A stretch of DNA of 63,654 nt, filler included, from Platydemus manokwari (lineage: Eukaryota), in NCBI GenBank assembly GCA_037951405.1. It is 4 parts of 4 records of this genome, joined end to end, with 100 filler letters (N's around TTAATTAATTAA, not from the genome) between each part and the next. Parts side by side here need not be neighbours in the genome. Positions count along the whole stretch, not along the records: positions 1 to 18,689 come from JBBMOY010322224.1; 3 more parts are not named here. One strand, given 5' to 3'. Position 1 is the stretch's first letter. Each line of letters opens with the position of its first letter. The notes beneath the pieces were generated by a model. That model did not search any database, had not been told where the DNA came from, and saw only the letters and a program-made list of their open reading frames with translations. Positions 1-15,860 of the stretch are shown here, piece after piece. A program made the position numbers and the translations under genes.

Positions 1-330
1 ACTTCCGATGGACATTACTTTGGATAACAGAATTGTACAAGATTTTCTTTAATAAACACTCGATTGTTCTAAAAAAATTCCGGTTTTTAAGTTATAGACC
101 CAATAGAATTAAAATGGTCGACAAATTCTTGTATGAAAATTTCATTTCAAATATATTTTCGAAATATTCAATGTAAATTTTTAAAAATATGATCTATTTA
201 AAAAAAATTAAAGTATATTGGCTTAATTTTAAAATGATTATCCCAACAGAAATGTAACAAACAAATCATATTTAATAAAAAACTAGTTCTATTTTGATAA
301 CTTGATTTGTTCTATTTTAAATTCTTTCAG

Positions 331-480
331 TATGTAATGAATAAAGCACCAAATAATTTGACAATTATTGTTGGCTCACAATCGTTTTCATGTCCATCAA
401 CAGCGATTCATAAGTATCAGTTGGAGGATGGTTCAGAAGTTATAATAAGATGCCCTGATGATCATCGGTCAATAAATGAG
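331..480 (+). CDS. Orphan internal coding exon, product unknown (weak resemblance to the C-terminal region of leishmanolysin/invadolysin)
   Basis: Acceptor attctttcag at 330, GT donor at 481, 150 nt open in phase 0-0: YVMNKAPNNLTIIVGSQSFSCPSTAIHKYQLEDGSEVIIRCPDDHRSINE. GC content is higher than the flanks. The family guess rests only on the L.I.VG..SF.C...I.CP pattern. Confidence 0.5.
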
Positions 481-3400
481 GTATAATATGATATTGTTAA
501 TAATTACTATTTTTAAATAAGAATAAAAAATAATTTAAAAAACAATTTACTTTCAGATACTTCTAAAAATATTTTATTAATTAATTCTAATATAACATTT
601 TTTATTTCTCAATAATTATTTTAATCTTAAAAGTTCCTGCGTACATTTTATCAATTATTTTATTAATTATTCACCAAATTGGAAATTAGTTAAAGAGTGT
701 CTTTATTATAAGTTCAAAGCATTGAAAATTATAGTTTCTTGAAAGAGAGTTTAATTAGTATTCAAAAATAATTTTTTCATTTGCCAATTTTTTTTCAAAT
801 TCCAATTAAAAAAAGAAAATAAACTTAATACTAAGCAAATCTGATGTAACCTACAGAAAATAAATTCAAAGGCTGATGACAAAAATATTTCAGACAGGTT
901 TCTAGACTTCAGATACTCAAAGGAATTTTGTCATTTTTATCATTAAATTAGATAACAAAGTAAGAGAATTTCTTAGATCTTTTGAGCACTTAGAGCATCC
1001 CTGAATTTTCGTATTTATGTGTAGCAAATTATCATCTAATATAGTAATTTTTAATAAATTTTACATTAATATTGCCATTATTATTTTGCAAGTTGGAACA
1101 AAAGATTGAGTTCCAAAATAAATGATAATAATAATAAAGCTAAAAGTAATATAAAATTACAAAATAAAGTTAAAGAAAATAAAAATTAAGATAAATAACT
1201 GTAATAAACCATTGAAAATGATAGTTATATTGCTTTTTATAGTGTATATTTAAAGTCAGAATAGTAAATAAAAGCCAATTGACACGTGGAAATCACACGA
1301 TGACATATCAAGCTAGTAACACAGAAAGAAAGTTAATATTAAAAAAATTAGAATAATATAAGAGGGTAATTAAGAGATTACACTTCGAAGCTTGTTCCCG
1401 AGCGATTTATCGCGAAGCCCTAAGCCCATATGTAAAACTTTATATAATACTTAATTTCTTTAGCCTGATCACTAATCAACTAAAGATTTTTATATTAATA
1501 ATTAAAATCAATTGAATCTTTTTATCCAACTAAACGATTGACGTCTACTAAATAATTGAAAATTATTACTTTGAATTTAGACTCCATAGTCGCTACGATA
1601 GCACCGATTTGATGCAAAAGCAATATTTCACTATTAGCTATTGTAATTAATGATTGTTGTTAATATTAATTATTTTTTATTTAATTATATTTATTTTGAT
1701 TATTTACTTTAAAATTTAAAGTCATTTATCATATTTATACATCAATCTTGGGAACAACTTATTAAATAGTACTACACTAAAACTATTGAAACTCTAACAA
1801 ATTTTAGACTAATTAACGAGTATATAAACCTGTTTATTTAATCTATTCAATAAAGATACCGCAATGAAAACTATTTGTACTTCTGTATAATTTGGATTAA
1901 AAGTTTGAAAATATTTCGAATACAGATCCACATAAACAATCCCCATTAAATTCGTTTTTACAGACAGGAGTATTATAAAAGAAACTCTAATTTTGGAATT
2001 TCACTTCCAAATAACATTATAGTGATCGATGCATGTTATCCCAATTAAACTTATCCACTCTATTCAATTCAATCACAACATGTTTTATAAGCATCGTCTT
2101 CATTATAACTTGGCTAGTAAGTACAAAGTGGGTAGCAAAAAATTGGCCACTAATAATTCGGAAACTGCTCCAATAGCAATAATAATAACATAAAATTAAA
2201 TAACAAACTAGAATTTGAGAAATTATAAAAAATTTAAACCTTTCCGTAATAATTTTACACTATAATGAATATCGTGAGAAAACTATGTCATAATATATTT
2301 TTGCCACTATATTTTTCATAAATTTGTATATACGAAAATATACAAACCCTTTTAAAATGAAAGACGAAATTTTAAGAAAAATGACTGTGAAACAAATTGG
2401 ATTTTTTCAAAGTAACATGCAATAAATATTCTATGTGACTTCTAAAAAAGCTTAGCTTAAATATGTAGGTGTTGGTATTATTGTTATCAGTAACCAATAT
2501 TTTAGTGATCTAAGAATTTTATGTTTTTCGAGATTAAATTCTTATTTAAAATAATGAGGTTTATTAAACCTATACCGTTAGAAATATACAGTTCTTCTAA
2601 GGATAAACCCCACACAAAAAAGTTGTTTCATTTATAGTTGTAATGTTTTATGGAGCTTCCATAATTATATTTAAGGATCTATAACAATTGACAAACAAAC
2701 TTGGCGTAACAAATTATAAATTTCTTGAGATTTATCCTTAATTTGATCAATGATTTTACCAATTTAGTCAATTGATTTTCAATATTTAAATAAATTTAGA
2801 GCATGGTTTTTTTTATTTATCTAACTAGCATATCAACTTAAAATTTTAAATAATATCTAAGATTTTACATTACTTTCGTCCTTGAAATGGTTATCATAAG
2901 TTTCATTATCGATGTTTTGATTTTGTTTAATTTTTAGAAATCCTCAGCTGGCAGACTTAAGAATTCAATCAATTTCACTATTGTGATTATTTTATTTGTT
3001 TTAATTTAGCTAAATTATGAATCCACCAACTTCAATCTTTAGTCTTAGTTATCTTAGAGATTATCACAAACCTAATTTAATCTAATTCTTTATTTATAAT
3101 ATTAACCTTCTTCATTTTCTCGAAAAGTGTTATACATGTATGTGCATAAATAAATTAATCAGAAAAATATTTTATTTGTGTGTTAGAAATTCTTTCATCA
3201 AATTAAAATTTGATTTATATCTAAATCGATGATTTTTAAAATAGATTCCATTTTACAAGTTCGTTAAAGTCAAGTTTATTTAATTTGAGATTCACATTTA
3301 TTTTCTGATACAACATTAAGGTAGTTCAATTTTTTAATTGTTTCTCGTTTTGTGAATAAAATCAGCACCTGATTTGTTGATAAAAATGTTGTTAAAAATA

Positions 3401-3879
3401 GTTTTAATCGTAGTTCTTACCTGGTTATTTTTTAAGTTTTGATTCAGAACTTTTTCGAAATCCAAGTAAGTTTATCGAGGAAGTTTAACTGAGTATTTAT
3501 TACTAATTTTTTATGACTAAATGATTCTCAACGAGTCTTCTGTTTTGAATTCTATTTTCAGGTATTGATCCGGTCTTGAATGATTATTTTTTGTTTATTT
3601 GTGATTTTTAATCGTGTTCATGACAATCTGAGTTTGTAATTCCTTGCGATTTAAATAATAATTTTCAGCATTAAGAGTCAATTAATAATCTATCAATTTT
3701 TGGTGAAAACGACTTTGAAACAAAAAGGAAACGAAGATCAAGAAAATCTGAATAAAATCTCAGTGAACCCTATTCCAGTACATCTTATTCATATTCGAGT
3801 CATTGGACAAGATGCTTCATAAGGTTTCTCAAGTTGCCAGAAATTGCTAGTTGAGCAAATTAATGATGATTCCGTCGAG

Positions 3880-5900
3880 CTTTTCAATTTTATAACTTAT
3901 TTCTTGATGTTAACTTCTACACGTGAATGGGAAGAACAAACAATGATACGTCGATTAGCCTTCTATTTGTAAAAGCAGCTATAGAGGTATATAACCAAAG
4001 TGATAGTCAAAAATCAGCGGATCTACAGACTCGGAATGGACAAACCGCAAAATCTTATGATACATCTAAATAAAGTATACTTAGAATTTGATGAAAATAA
4101 AGCAAAATGAATTAAAGAAGTCAAAAAAGTAAAAAAGATCTTCCCACGTTTGAAAGCGTTTTGTACATTTCGGATTTAAAAATGAAGAGTTTTCAAGAAT
4201 ATTGGTGCTAAAGAGTTTTAAATAATGAGATGACGAGTTTCAGATAATGAATACTGAAGCGCTGATTACACTTACATATCACTAGCACAAATTGGACGAT
4301 GATGAATATCTAATTAATTATGGAATTCTTGGCGAAAAATAAGTGAGATTCAAGCTAAGTATACTATAATAAAAAAGTAACTAATTAATAAATAAAGTCG
4401 ACCAAGAAAGGATATTGGAAATAAAGTCTCAAATGATTTCTTCAGAAAATAATTTGAGAAGCAAGAGAGAACGGGTATGATAAGCTGCCATTGAATCAGT
4501 ACGACAGTAATCCTCTAAAATTTATTGAATTTATGCGTGTTTATTATACATTGTCATCAGCAAATGGATGGTCAGAAAAGAAGATTATTCATAGACTAAC
4601 ATTGTACTTAAAATTAAAGCAGTTAATCAAAATGAAAAAATAAAAACATTAATTGCTGGGACGATTTCAAAAACATTTCCTTCAGAACAGCGAATAGATG
4701 AAGAAAGTTATATCCTGAGCTCAAATTTTATTGCAGAATTCAAAATCTCATGAATCGGTGTGTGAGCGTGGAATTAATTTATATTCCTTAGCAGGATAAG
4801 TGTTATGTGAAAATTCACTGAAAGCTGAACCTATGAAAAGTATTTTAGTGGATCACTTTTTATCAGGAATTTCAGTTGGTATACAAAGAGCTTTATCGAT
4901 TATAGCATTTCGAAATTATTATGCCTTAGTCAAAAAAGCTTCAAAAATTGAGCTTATTGTGAAATAATTTGAAGAACCTTTGAAAAAATTTATATTTCAA
5001 AAATTGGAGTCTAAATTGTTTTGGAATCAATCCCAAATGTATTGTGAGTGATTGTAAATCATGTAAGAAAGAAAATTTGTGTTAAATAAACGATATTAAA
5101 GTTTGACAAAATCAGATAATTCTGGTTGAGACCTGTGATTTTTTAATAATGAGAAAGTCAAAAGTGTTTAAGAATGTAATGAATTTATAATGGTAAAAAT
5201 CAACAATGAAAATCTAAATAAAGAGCTTAAGTTGAATCAGAAGAAAAATTGTGCGTATCAGTTGTTAGAAAAATATAGTGTGAAGTTTAACGGTGATAAC
5301 AAATACGTTTGGAAGAATGTATTCGAATTTATGCACGGCTGATTTATGTGATATTAATTTTTTGGAAATGGAGAGTGATAATCAGTTTAGGGACTCGATT
5401 CAATGTGCTTTGATCAATGTGCTTTTTTAATCATATCTATAAGTTAGAAGTGTGACTCATTAATACGGAAGTCAAACATTGCTTTCGCGCAATGCAGAAA
5501 GTGATGATAACGTTATAATCATGCATCACTTTAATATTTCAGAAGACAACTATCATGTTTCATATTGCTTTCAAGTCATTGGCACTTCGAAAGACATTCA
5601 CCTGAATGTATTCAAAAATCGAATGCAATCAACACTTTACTTCGACATACTATGCTTACATAAACTAATATAAACTATTTAGACCTACATGTCTTCTCTA
5701 GTTCCGCGGTAAATAGGAAATATTATCTAGTTGATTCCAATTTTAAAATGAATTTTACTCTATATGAAAATCCACTGATACAGATTTCGGAATGGAAAAA
5801 AATTAGTATAGTAACAGTTCGAATAAATCAAGAGTTGAAAACAAACCAGAAAATGCCAAATTTCAGCACTTCAGTTTGCGTTCTCGAGTTGTCATAATGC
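3880..5900 (+). mobile_element. Highly decayed LTR-retrotransposon gag-like remnant
   Basis: Interrupted peptides FLMLTSTREWEEQTMIRRLAFYL*KAAIEVY (~3900) and ILVDHFLSGISVGIQRAL...LVKKASKIE (~4840-4950) resemble Ty3/gypsy gag helices. Many stops; boundaries approximate. Confidence 0.35.
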
Positions 5901-8900
5901 TATTAAACTGATCTATCTAAATCAAATGACACCCAAAAACTTATGTTAAACGACTCTGTTCCTAGCCTATCTCTACTTTATATCTGTCTCCTTTTGTAAG
6001 TCACGTTGTGCGCTAAGTCAAAATGCCATATAACTTCTGATTACAATATATAACATTTTCAAAGCTTGATAATTCGTCAAAGCAGGGAATTTATTCAGAA
6101 TACAAAACAGAGATATCAGGAATAATCCCTTATAACTGCTGATACTAAATTCTATACCTATGTTTTTATTCAACCGATACAATAAACTTTATGTACAATA
6201 TGTTCCGAGACTTCATGCTTTTACAGCTGAATTAGTACATAAATTATATTTCTAATAACAAATATTTCTTACTTTGATTCAAATTTTTTTAAAATGACCT
6301 TTACTTTGGTTGGCCATTTTATATATACTTTTTCTGCAAATAACACTTTTAGGTGAGCTTAATACTTAATTTTAACTTGGAATTCACTTTATTTCCCCAA
6401 TTCGCTACTTCTAATATTTAGCTCCAAAAAATCAAATATTAATTTCATAAATATGTTGCGTTCGGGCTATATCGGTATTTGATAAATGTATTATTGAATG
6501 ATTTTGGATCTAGAATCACCGTTGTCTTAATCAGTCTCGGTGAGTTTTTGGTTAAGGCCCCAGTTGCAATTTTACTTTGTAAGAGGTAATTTTTACCATC
6601 ACTCTTTAGTATCGTATAAGAACGATAAGAGTGACAGCAGTATTATATAATTTATTAGATATTAAAACTTAACTTTTATGCACCTTTTTGAAAAGACTAT
6701 GCCTTGATGTCATCAACAATTTCAGTTTACTTTAATCGATCAAAAAACATCACTTGATAAATAAAATGTGTATTGTAAGCAAATTACCAATACAACGCAA
6801 ATATAAAAAGTTACAAATTGGTTTTGAAATACAATATATGCTGAAAAATTTTTGATGAGAATTTGATCAACTTCTTGGAACAAGTGAAGGTTAATAAACC
6901 CCACACTATTTGATCAAATCCAATTATCCCGGAAATTTTGGACATAGTTTGATAATTTGAGATAAATTATTATTATAATATAGATCAGTAATTTATACTT
7001 ATTATCGCTTACTTAGCCTTATAAACTTATTGGCAAATTATTGCGCAATCGAAGAGCATATACAAATTGCCATAATCGAGATTAAAAGTTAGTGGTTTCT
7101 TACAATTAAATAGGCATCAACTACTGATTGGTCTTCGTGGGTGTTTATCGCTCTGATTAATTATTTAGCGTGTAGAAATTATTTTAATTCCACTGATATT
7201 TTGATATTTTATTGTTACATTAACATTTTTCTATTAAGAATAATTTTAGTGTATTATCGGCTTTCATTGATATTTAATTGATATTTATCTTCAAATGTCT
7301 CTGAGGTTTTTACTTTTATCATTGTTATAAAACAATGCTTCTATATGCTTCTAACTTTTATAATAATTATTAAATATTATTTTAATTTATTTATTTTTTA
7401 ATTAGATATAATTTATCATAATTCTATCTAAAGGATCTTAAGTTCTCTTCGAAAAGTAATACACAGAAAAAAATATAAATTATTAATCACCAAAATGATG
7501 CAAAAATTAGTACATATAAATTATTGATACATTTTGACAGCTTAATACTACCATTATACAACCATAATAAACATAAAACTTATTGTTACAATAATATAAC
7601 AAAACATGTGAATAATTCATGCATGTATGTGAATTACCGCTTTTTAAATTTGGTACAATATAATGTTAATGTTTTTGAATTCCAAATATCATCATCAGAA
7701 AAAGCTCTGTTTTTAGAAAATCCTTATGCATAAATGTTCTTGTACACTCTTCATAATCACTCCTGAAATATAGAAAATGATTTTAAACAGGAGAAGATCT
7801 AATCTTTTAGTCATGGTTTTGGTTATAAATGAACACAATATTTAAATTTAACTTATTTACATACAAATAAATGTCAAAATTCAGCAAAGTACCAGGTAAA
7901 GAAATATGAACCATATATGTGATTTGAGACAGAATGGCAATATCGATAATTAAGGAAAATGAAGTATTAGATAGTGAAATGGACAATTAGACAAAAGTAT
8001 TTGAACATAACATAGCATCTGAAAATGCAGACCATAAATAAAAACTTAGATACGCAGTAATGGGAAATATAATTTATCTCATCAAATGGAAAATAATTTT
8101 AAGCAAGCAGGAAATTGACAACAGATATATTAATGACATGAATGCTAATTTGAGGCAGGGACACACGTTTACGTATTGGTATATAAGAGTAACATACAAA
8201 TATAATACCAAGAAGTGTGTGATATTCTATAAAAGAAAATAAAACATGAATGTTAAAAAATAAAGGTAGGAGGAAAGCAAGTAAATTTGTGGAAACAATC
8301 TGAAGAATATAGCATATTGACAAATACGGATGGATACCTATGAAAGCTAATATTCATAATGCAAAAATAGAACTAGTAGAAAATATATCAAATCTCTATT
8401 CCAGAAAGAAATGAAAGACAATTCGCATCAATAACTATAAATACTCTAAAATCAGATTCAATACTAATTATTGAAAAATCCTAATAAAGAATACATATAG
8501 GCGCTAAGCTGTCTTGCTTTACTGAACAATATTTATTGTGTGATTATATTGGAAGATTTGGGACTTAAGGACATAGATAGAGGTCAATCAGTGATGTTCA
8601 GCTACTAGCATTGATCACAAGGAAATGGGTTAACTCATAACCCCACGTATAGAGTTTGGAGCATAAAGGAGCTTCAAATGCTTAGAGAATAGCGGTACTA
8701 TGAATAAAGGATATATATATATATATATAACTGAGAAAAAAGAGCAGATATTAAAAAGATAGAAAAGATATAAATAACCTATCAAGTAAATAGAAGAAAT
8801 GGAAATTTTGGATAAATGAGGAATATTAAAATCATTGATGTAAATATAAAGTTCCCCATTACATCTATTACCATAGCAACTACAACTGAATTGCGTATAA

Positions 8901-11900
8901 GGAGAAAAGCCACATAAAATTTTATTGATTAAATTTCACAAAATGACCACTTAATTAAGCTAATTAATCACAGATGGTGTTCATACTATTCAAAGTAACA
9001 TTTTGGATCACACCAAACCAGTGAACTTTGAACTTTTCGATAAATGTTTGGCCTTCGAAAACGAAGATCATTGATTCATGAATTTAATAAATTTTTTTCC
9101 AAAATTAAATTGCATGCACTCAGAAAATTAAAGATCTTACAATCTGTAACGAAATCGAATTATTTATTAACATATTCCCTAATAAAGTAAAAAATTAATC
9201 TCTTCGAATTTATAACATTTAGTGTTGTTGATCGAGATAGATCATCAAGATTTAATTAAGTTTATTTAAAGAAATTTATAATCGAAATATTGAAATATCG
9301 AAATAAATGGAAAATTGCAACCACTTAAAGAATCAGAAGATGTGATAGAAGCTTCAGCACCAGGTCATTTATGATACGAGAATGATAGATTAAAGGTAAA
9401 AATAGATCAAATTAAAATACAAAATAATAATCCCTAACACACTGTAAACCATTATATATTAAATTGATTTAATTCAATATTAAATCGATTAACATAAATT
9501 AAAAATTGCTAGCAGTTAGGAATAATTAACTTTAACTTCAACTATCTTATTCATTATCAGGATTTAATATTTTGTTCTGTAATTACATTGCAACTACGAA
9601 TCGTTATACCATGACTATCAACTATAACTTTAGTTACAAGAGAATGTTTAACCATTTGGTTAAGTAACAATATAAAAGAAATATTATCTTTGAAATATTT
9701 TATCAATTAATTACTCTTGCTATTTTATTCTCATTTCAATATTTTAACAAAACAATAAATCTGATCTCTAAAAATATTATGAAGGATATAAAATACGAGA
9801 TTAAAAATTAAAATAATAATAATTATAAAGAAACTTTATTTATTAAACTCTAAAACATTAAAAACAAATTAAAAGAATTTATGGATTTGAATAATAAATA
9901 TAAAGAAGAATTAAATTAAGGACAATTAATTAAATTAATATAATAATAACTGGTGGTTGTTGAAAATGTATAAGCCGTGATATCAACGAGGATCTCGATA
10001 GCGTAATGACAAATCCCCCTAGCATTATCTGATTATTTGAAGTTACATAGGAATCTATTTCAGTGAATCTCACTGTTAATCATTTAATATAAAATTGCTT
10101 TGCAACTCAAAAGGTAAACAAGGTATTACTTAGTAAATTGGGAAAATAATAATTTGGTACATTTCTAGACACAATTATTTTCAGTATTCACTACTGAGTA
10201 AGTACCATTTTATAATTAACTTTTAAGGGTATCCATGTCGGTTGCAAATAAATTTTTATTCCATTCGAATTGCTGTGTTTGTAAGAGTTCTCTTTATTCA
10301 CTACTGCGTGTTGTGAGATGAAATATGTTTATTGATATTTTATTTAATTATCCACAACTATAAAGTATCATTAGCCTCTCAAATAAGGATTCACAACAAC
10401 TCCTCGATTTTCATATTTCACAGTATAATTCAATGACTTACATGTTTGTTGGGAACCGGATTTATATTTTAATTTTGATCTTCCATACTAAAACTTAAAG
10501 ACCCACCATTCGAATTAGAGTCATATCGGTTTTTGTCACAGGGCAAACACAACAACTGCCCAATATAAAATATGTTTGGTTTGTATATGTTCTTTAACTA
10601 TATAAAATATGGTACTCAATAGAGTAAGCTCATCTTTGCTACTTTACAGTCAGACTACGTAAACAATAAGACTTTTTTTTACACCATTTATGAACACAAA
10701 CAATCAAAACTTTAATACATTAATTCAAATTATAAATAAATAGAAAACAGTTACAAAATTATTATAGTTAACGTTTATATTAAATAGAAAACCATTTACC
10801 GCACAAATATACACCATTGCACCGAATATTATTCAATCTAGATCATTTTATTCTCTTTCTATGATGATAGATTTTGCTATCTAGATAAAAAATTATTTAT
10901 TAACACTCAAGGATTATCATTATTAAAAACTATTATTTTATTAAATATAGGTAGTGATGGGATGTTTCATATCAGTTCTTAATTGATATTAAATTGCTTC
11001 AGTGACAACTGTGAAGATGATGTTACCGGAGTAATAATCTGAATTACCCGTGAGGTTTATATGCATGTTACAGTAAGGCTGAGAGTGAATTTACTAAAAT
11101 AAATGAAATTATTAATTGTTGTCTGATTTCATATCTTTATTAATCTAGAAGTTCCAATATTTTGGAAAAGTGGAATTCACCAACGTAAAAACAGCAAAAT
11201 GATTTCAATAAGATGTGTGGCACACTGTAGAAATTAAGAACAACGAAGGATATTGGAGCATTTCAAATGGAAAAGCGACGATGTTTATTGATTTAAATAC
11301 AATTTTGTTTAAATTAAATGGAATATTACTTAATGAAATTAATTTCCAAACTGATGTTACAATGAAATTAAGTTATCGACGAAAAGTTACACGTTTTTTT
11401 AAACTCTTCTTCAATCAATAACTTTTACGGAATAAATATTAATATTCTTTCCTACAGATTTCTTCGAAACAGATAGCTTCGTCAACCAGCTGAATGAATA
11501 CCTTTTTCAACTGGTAACTTCTTCGGTAAAAATATCTTGATGTTCTCTTGTTCTTCACAAAAGAAATTTTATGAATGAACTACACTGAACTGTACTCACT
11601 TTATATGCCACTTTCGATACGTTTGGTTTGTCACATTTTATGCAAAGATGATTATTATCAGAATTAGAATCATTAAAGATGGTCAGAGTCAGCATTAACT
11701 ATTGTAAGAATACAAATCAAAGACAGCACAATATTGTTAATAAAATACCGAGAGCCTTTATAATACCATGGAAATTAATATCAAATTCAAAATCAATCGA
11801 TACATGTCATGCGACAATAAATAAATTATAAATAAATGTTACCATTAAAGTTGGGTTAACGTTAAATCAAAATTTCAATATTTGAAACCCTGAATTAACT

Positions 11901-14900
11901 TTATAGAAATTCAAATATTTACCGTGTTCGAGCTCTTTGATTCTCATTTGTATAAATTGTGGGATTGTATGAATGGATTTGGAGATGATTAATATATGAA
12001 TTGTTAAAAAATAGATAACAGATAATTTGGATTGGTTGATGAGTGATTCACGAATTATTCAAGGCAAATGTAGATAAGTGTTTGAATTGTATGTATGATT
12101 TGATAAATTACACGAATACGTAATGGAATACACGTTATTGAGGAAATTATTGGTTTCTGATTTGATTTTTGATTTGTTAGTGTATTTGGGTATTGTTGAG
12201 TAATCCTTGATAATTGTTGCTAACAATTTATCCAGTCACTCTTAATTTATCTCCAACAATTTCACACTAAGTTTTTCGAAACAAATGAACCCATTGTAGA
12301 TAAAATATATGTTAAGTTAGAAATTAAAGATTCTTTACTATTTATATGCTTTAAAGATTTTATTATAAACTCTTTCAAAGCCCTTAACTTCCGAAATAGT
12401 GCAGCGGTGTTAAAATACCAGTGTTAACTTTTTCGATTTTTGAAATAAGTGATATTGGGAACCACACAGTGAGCACCGAAACAAGGCTTTAATTTATATC
12501 AAGAAAATTAACTAACGAAAATACCTTAATTAAAAAATTGTGGGGTTTGGGTCATAATTTAAGAGTAGAAGTAATTACCAAATTTGGAAATTACCAAAAC
12601 CCGCTATCCATCTATCCAAATTTATTCATTTAAAATGACTTAAAATAGAAGCAAAGGCGTAGATGGCTAAAAATAGCAATTAAAAATCATAAGCTACTCA
12701 ATTCAAGAAGACCAACACGAATAAAACATGAAAAAGTAGAGCTCAATTAGAAGGATACTCCACAAATTCATGTTAAATATTTACGAAAGAAATTAATTTT
12801 TCAGATTAGGATTAAATTCTGTCGATCTTTATGGAAGACAGAGAGTTTACATCAGCGTTCCATCTCAGTAACATTTTTATTTTTAGTCGGCACTGTGCTC
12901 ATTGAGTCCAGTTTTGCCACTGTATTGTCAATATTCTTCCTACTGGTTTAGCAATTCATCTTTCATATGGGTCAAGTAACAAGTGTCCATTAACTACAAG
13001 TTTTAGTTCTCTTCTTAAATATTTTATTTTGTTTTGATCTAAATTTTACAATGCTTTTGATAATCATTTTCACTTAATTTTCTTGTCTCTCGTCCTAGAA
13101 ACAATATTTATTACGAATTTTAAAAATGAATGCCTCGCCTTTTATTATTTAAAGCTGATTTAAAAAATTTCATTTATTTTATTAATATTGTCATTTTATT
13201 TATTTTAGATCAATTAATTATTTCTTTGATCATTTATTTAGTACTGAATTCTGTAAAATAGAAAAAAACAATTTTCAATCAATTATTATTAATCGATTTA
13301 TTATACATTATAATTGCACATGATTATACCAATTATGATTATTGTCATTTTTCTATATGATATGAAACCAAAGTCATAGATTTGACAAGCAAAGATACGA
13401 ATAATATTCTTAGTAACAACATAGTATATTGAATGTAATGGGTGTAATGATTCTAAAAAATAAGAAACATATTTTGTAACTGCTCAGGCTAATTTTTAAA
13501 TTAGTCTGTTTTTATATACATTTACGTTCAATGCAAATTGTTATAATTTTAATAAAAAACTAAAATATTAAACAAAATAAATACCCATAATCCTATGGAA
13601 TATTGATTAAGATATTAATTAAATCAACAAAGTCTCACATAAAAATCGATTGATTCAACGTATCAAATGTGACACTAGAACCCCTTTCAGATTAAAAATA
13701 AACAAAGTCTAGATACATGACTTCATCTACACTGTCTCGGTAAACAGCTCGAAAAATGGAATTTAAAATTAAAAACTACAATAGATCTCAGGCATATATA
13801 AAATAAGATCGAACAGTCAAAATAAAAAGCAATATTGTGCAACAGAAAACAAAATCCGATGATTAAGTCTGCTCGAACAAATTAAAGAATGCTGTAATCC
13901 AAAGAATAACAATGTTAAACTCTGTGTTATTGGTAAATTTGTAAAATTACTCATAAGAGAAGATAATTACTAAATAAGAGTCGAAGTCTATTGTTCTTGT
14001 TTAAAATTTGGTATTTTTTAAAAAAATCGGCCTAGAATCCTCGTACAAAGGCTTCTCACGGTAATGATTTCGTTATATTACCTCAGCAAAGAACTTTTAA
14101 ACCTTCCCACTCTTTATCCTATTGTTGAGCTTAAATTCATGATCATAAAATAGTTACTTATTCCAAAAATCGAAGGTTGTAAGGTTTATTTCTAATTCAA
14201 GCAATAATTAGTACAACTCACAAAGTATCACAAAATTACAACTAAAACATTGGAAGTTACCCACCCATCTTTAAATCGGTATATATACTCGAAATCTGTG
14301 TGTATTTTTTGCGTCATGTTTGTATCACATTTAGTTTTGATCTTTACTATTCCATGTTTCTATTAGGCGGTCTTGAAAATGCTTGATTTTCTCAATAATT
14401 GATGGGTTTCTTTGATGCTTGGTTTTATTGAATAAATTGAGCTTGTTAAAAGTTTTTCCATGTTTTTGTTTTTTGCTCTATACTAATTACTTCGAAAATT
14501 TAGATTCCTTTATATCATTCCATAATAATTTTAGAAGTCACTTATATTAGTTAATTCTCCTGAATCGCAAATACTGTTACTGTGTAAAAATGTATCTAAG
14601 TAGTGATATTTTTGTATGCTCAATAAACCCAATTATATGCAACTGAATTTCTATCTTCTCTCTTTATATTATGCATATCTTCCTTTACAGTATCCGTCAC
14701 TGTATTATATATTCTTAGAATTTGATTTGCAATTCTCGTCTTTAATTGTCACACTTATTGCCAATGAAATAACATCGCAGATTCTTGATATAAACATACA
14801 TTTCCTTTTTTAACCAGGTTGTAATTAACATAGGTTGCACTTCTCGTCATTGATCTGTTCCTAATGATGAATAATTTTGACCTCATTATGATTTGGACTA

Positions 14901-15479
14901 ATCGTATAGATTTATGAATCCAATTTACTTCTCTAATTATTACTTGGAGAGTTTGTTTGTATTATTATTATTAGACGACTTAGTCTTTCTTTCTGATTCT
15001 ATTGCATTTTTGAGTCATGATAATAAGTATAATATTAATTCCATTTTTGTATCAATTCAAAACGTTGTATATTCCTGCTCTATTCGTCCTAAATAACGTT
15101 TGTAATTAAATATTTCCTTTATAATAATCTCCTTAGTAAAAAGTAATAGAAAGAATATATTTATATATATAAGAGAGAACTGAGATGGAATGATACTCGG
15201 TCTGGATGAAACCAGTCCGTCCAATAAACGCAATTTGATGAACATAATAACATTGCCATCAATCAATCTTGTAAATATCCTTTCTTTCAGACAGTTGTGA
15301 GTTCTCATTTATATATGCGAATATAATTTTAGTCACGTGATTGCCTGTTTTTATTATTCAGTTGTTTTGTACTGATTTTAAAATATACCATTATTTTTAC
15401 ATTAACTATGACTGTTACCGGTGTCCACACTGTAAAAATTAGTATTGTTAGCAGAATCTAACAGCGCAAAATTTTATTG

Positions 15480-15860
15480 AAGAGATTTTGAACTTTAATG
15501 TTCGATGAATCTGAGATATAGAAGAGTGAATATTCATCAATAACCTTAATATCTTAAATGATTTTGACTTATTATTATCGGAGGAAGCTGGGATCTTATA
15601 GACGTATTCTAAGAATGTATCAACTAAAGAAGACTCAAGAAAATGATCCATTGTTATCTTTATAATTAAAACAAACCAATTGCTCACTTAATTGTAAAAT
15701 GAGCCATCTTTGCGATTTGAGATCAAAAATTGATAGAATCAGTTATTAATTCAGGATGACGTGTGAAAAAATTGTAAAAGGTACATGTCCCAAAGAACCT
15801 CTTTTGACAAAACCAGGTATTGAAATACCCGGAATTTGATCAATTTGCCAAAATATACAA
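15480..15860 (-). mobile_element. Possible decayed Ty3/gypsy RNase H fragment
   Basis: Minus-strand ...QRWLI/LQLSE..FVLIIK resembles the RW...L.EY.F.I.Y motif; frameshifted. Confidence 0.25.

Noticed and set aside
331-480. Exon as the 5' part of the AMPK-beta gene
   Set aside because: It ends in phase 0 whereas exon 19052 needs a phase-2 donor, shows no AMPK-beta similarity, and lies across a linker.
7900-8700. LINE-like remnant (LRQGHTF) and similar decayed sequence at ~13900-15000 and ~55200-55330
   Set aside because: Too degenerate to assign or delimit by eye; probably transposon debris.
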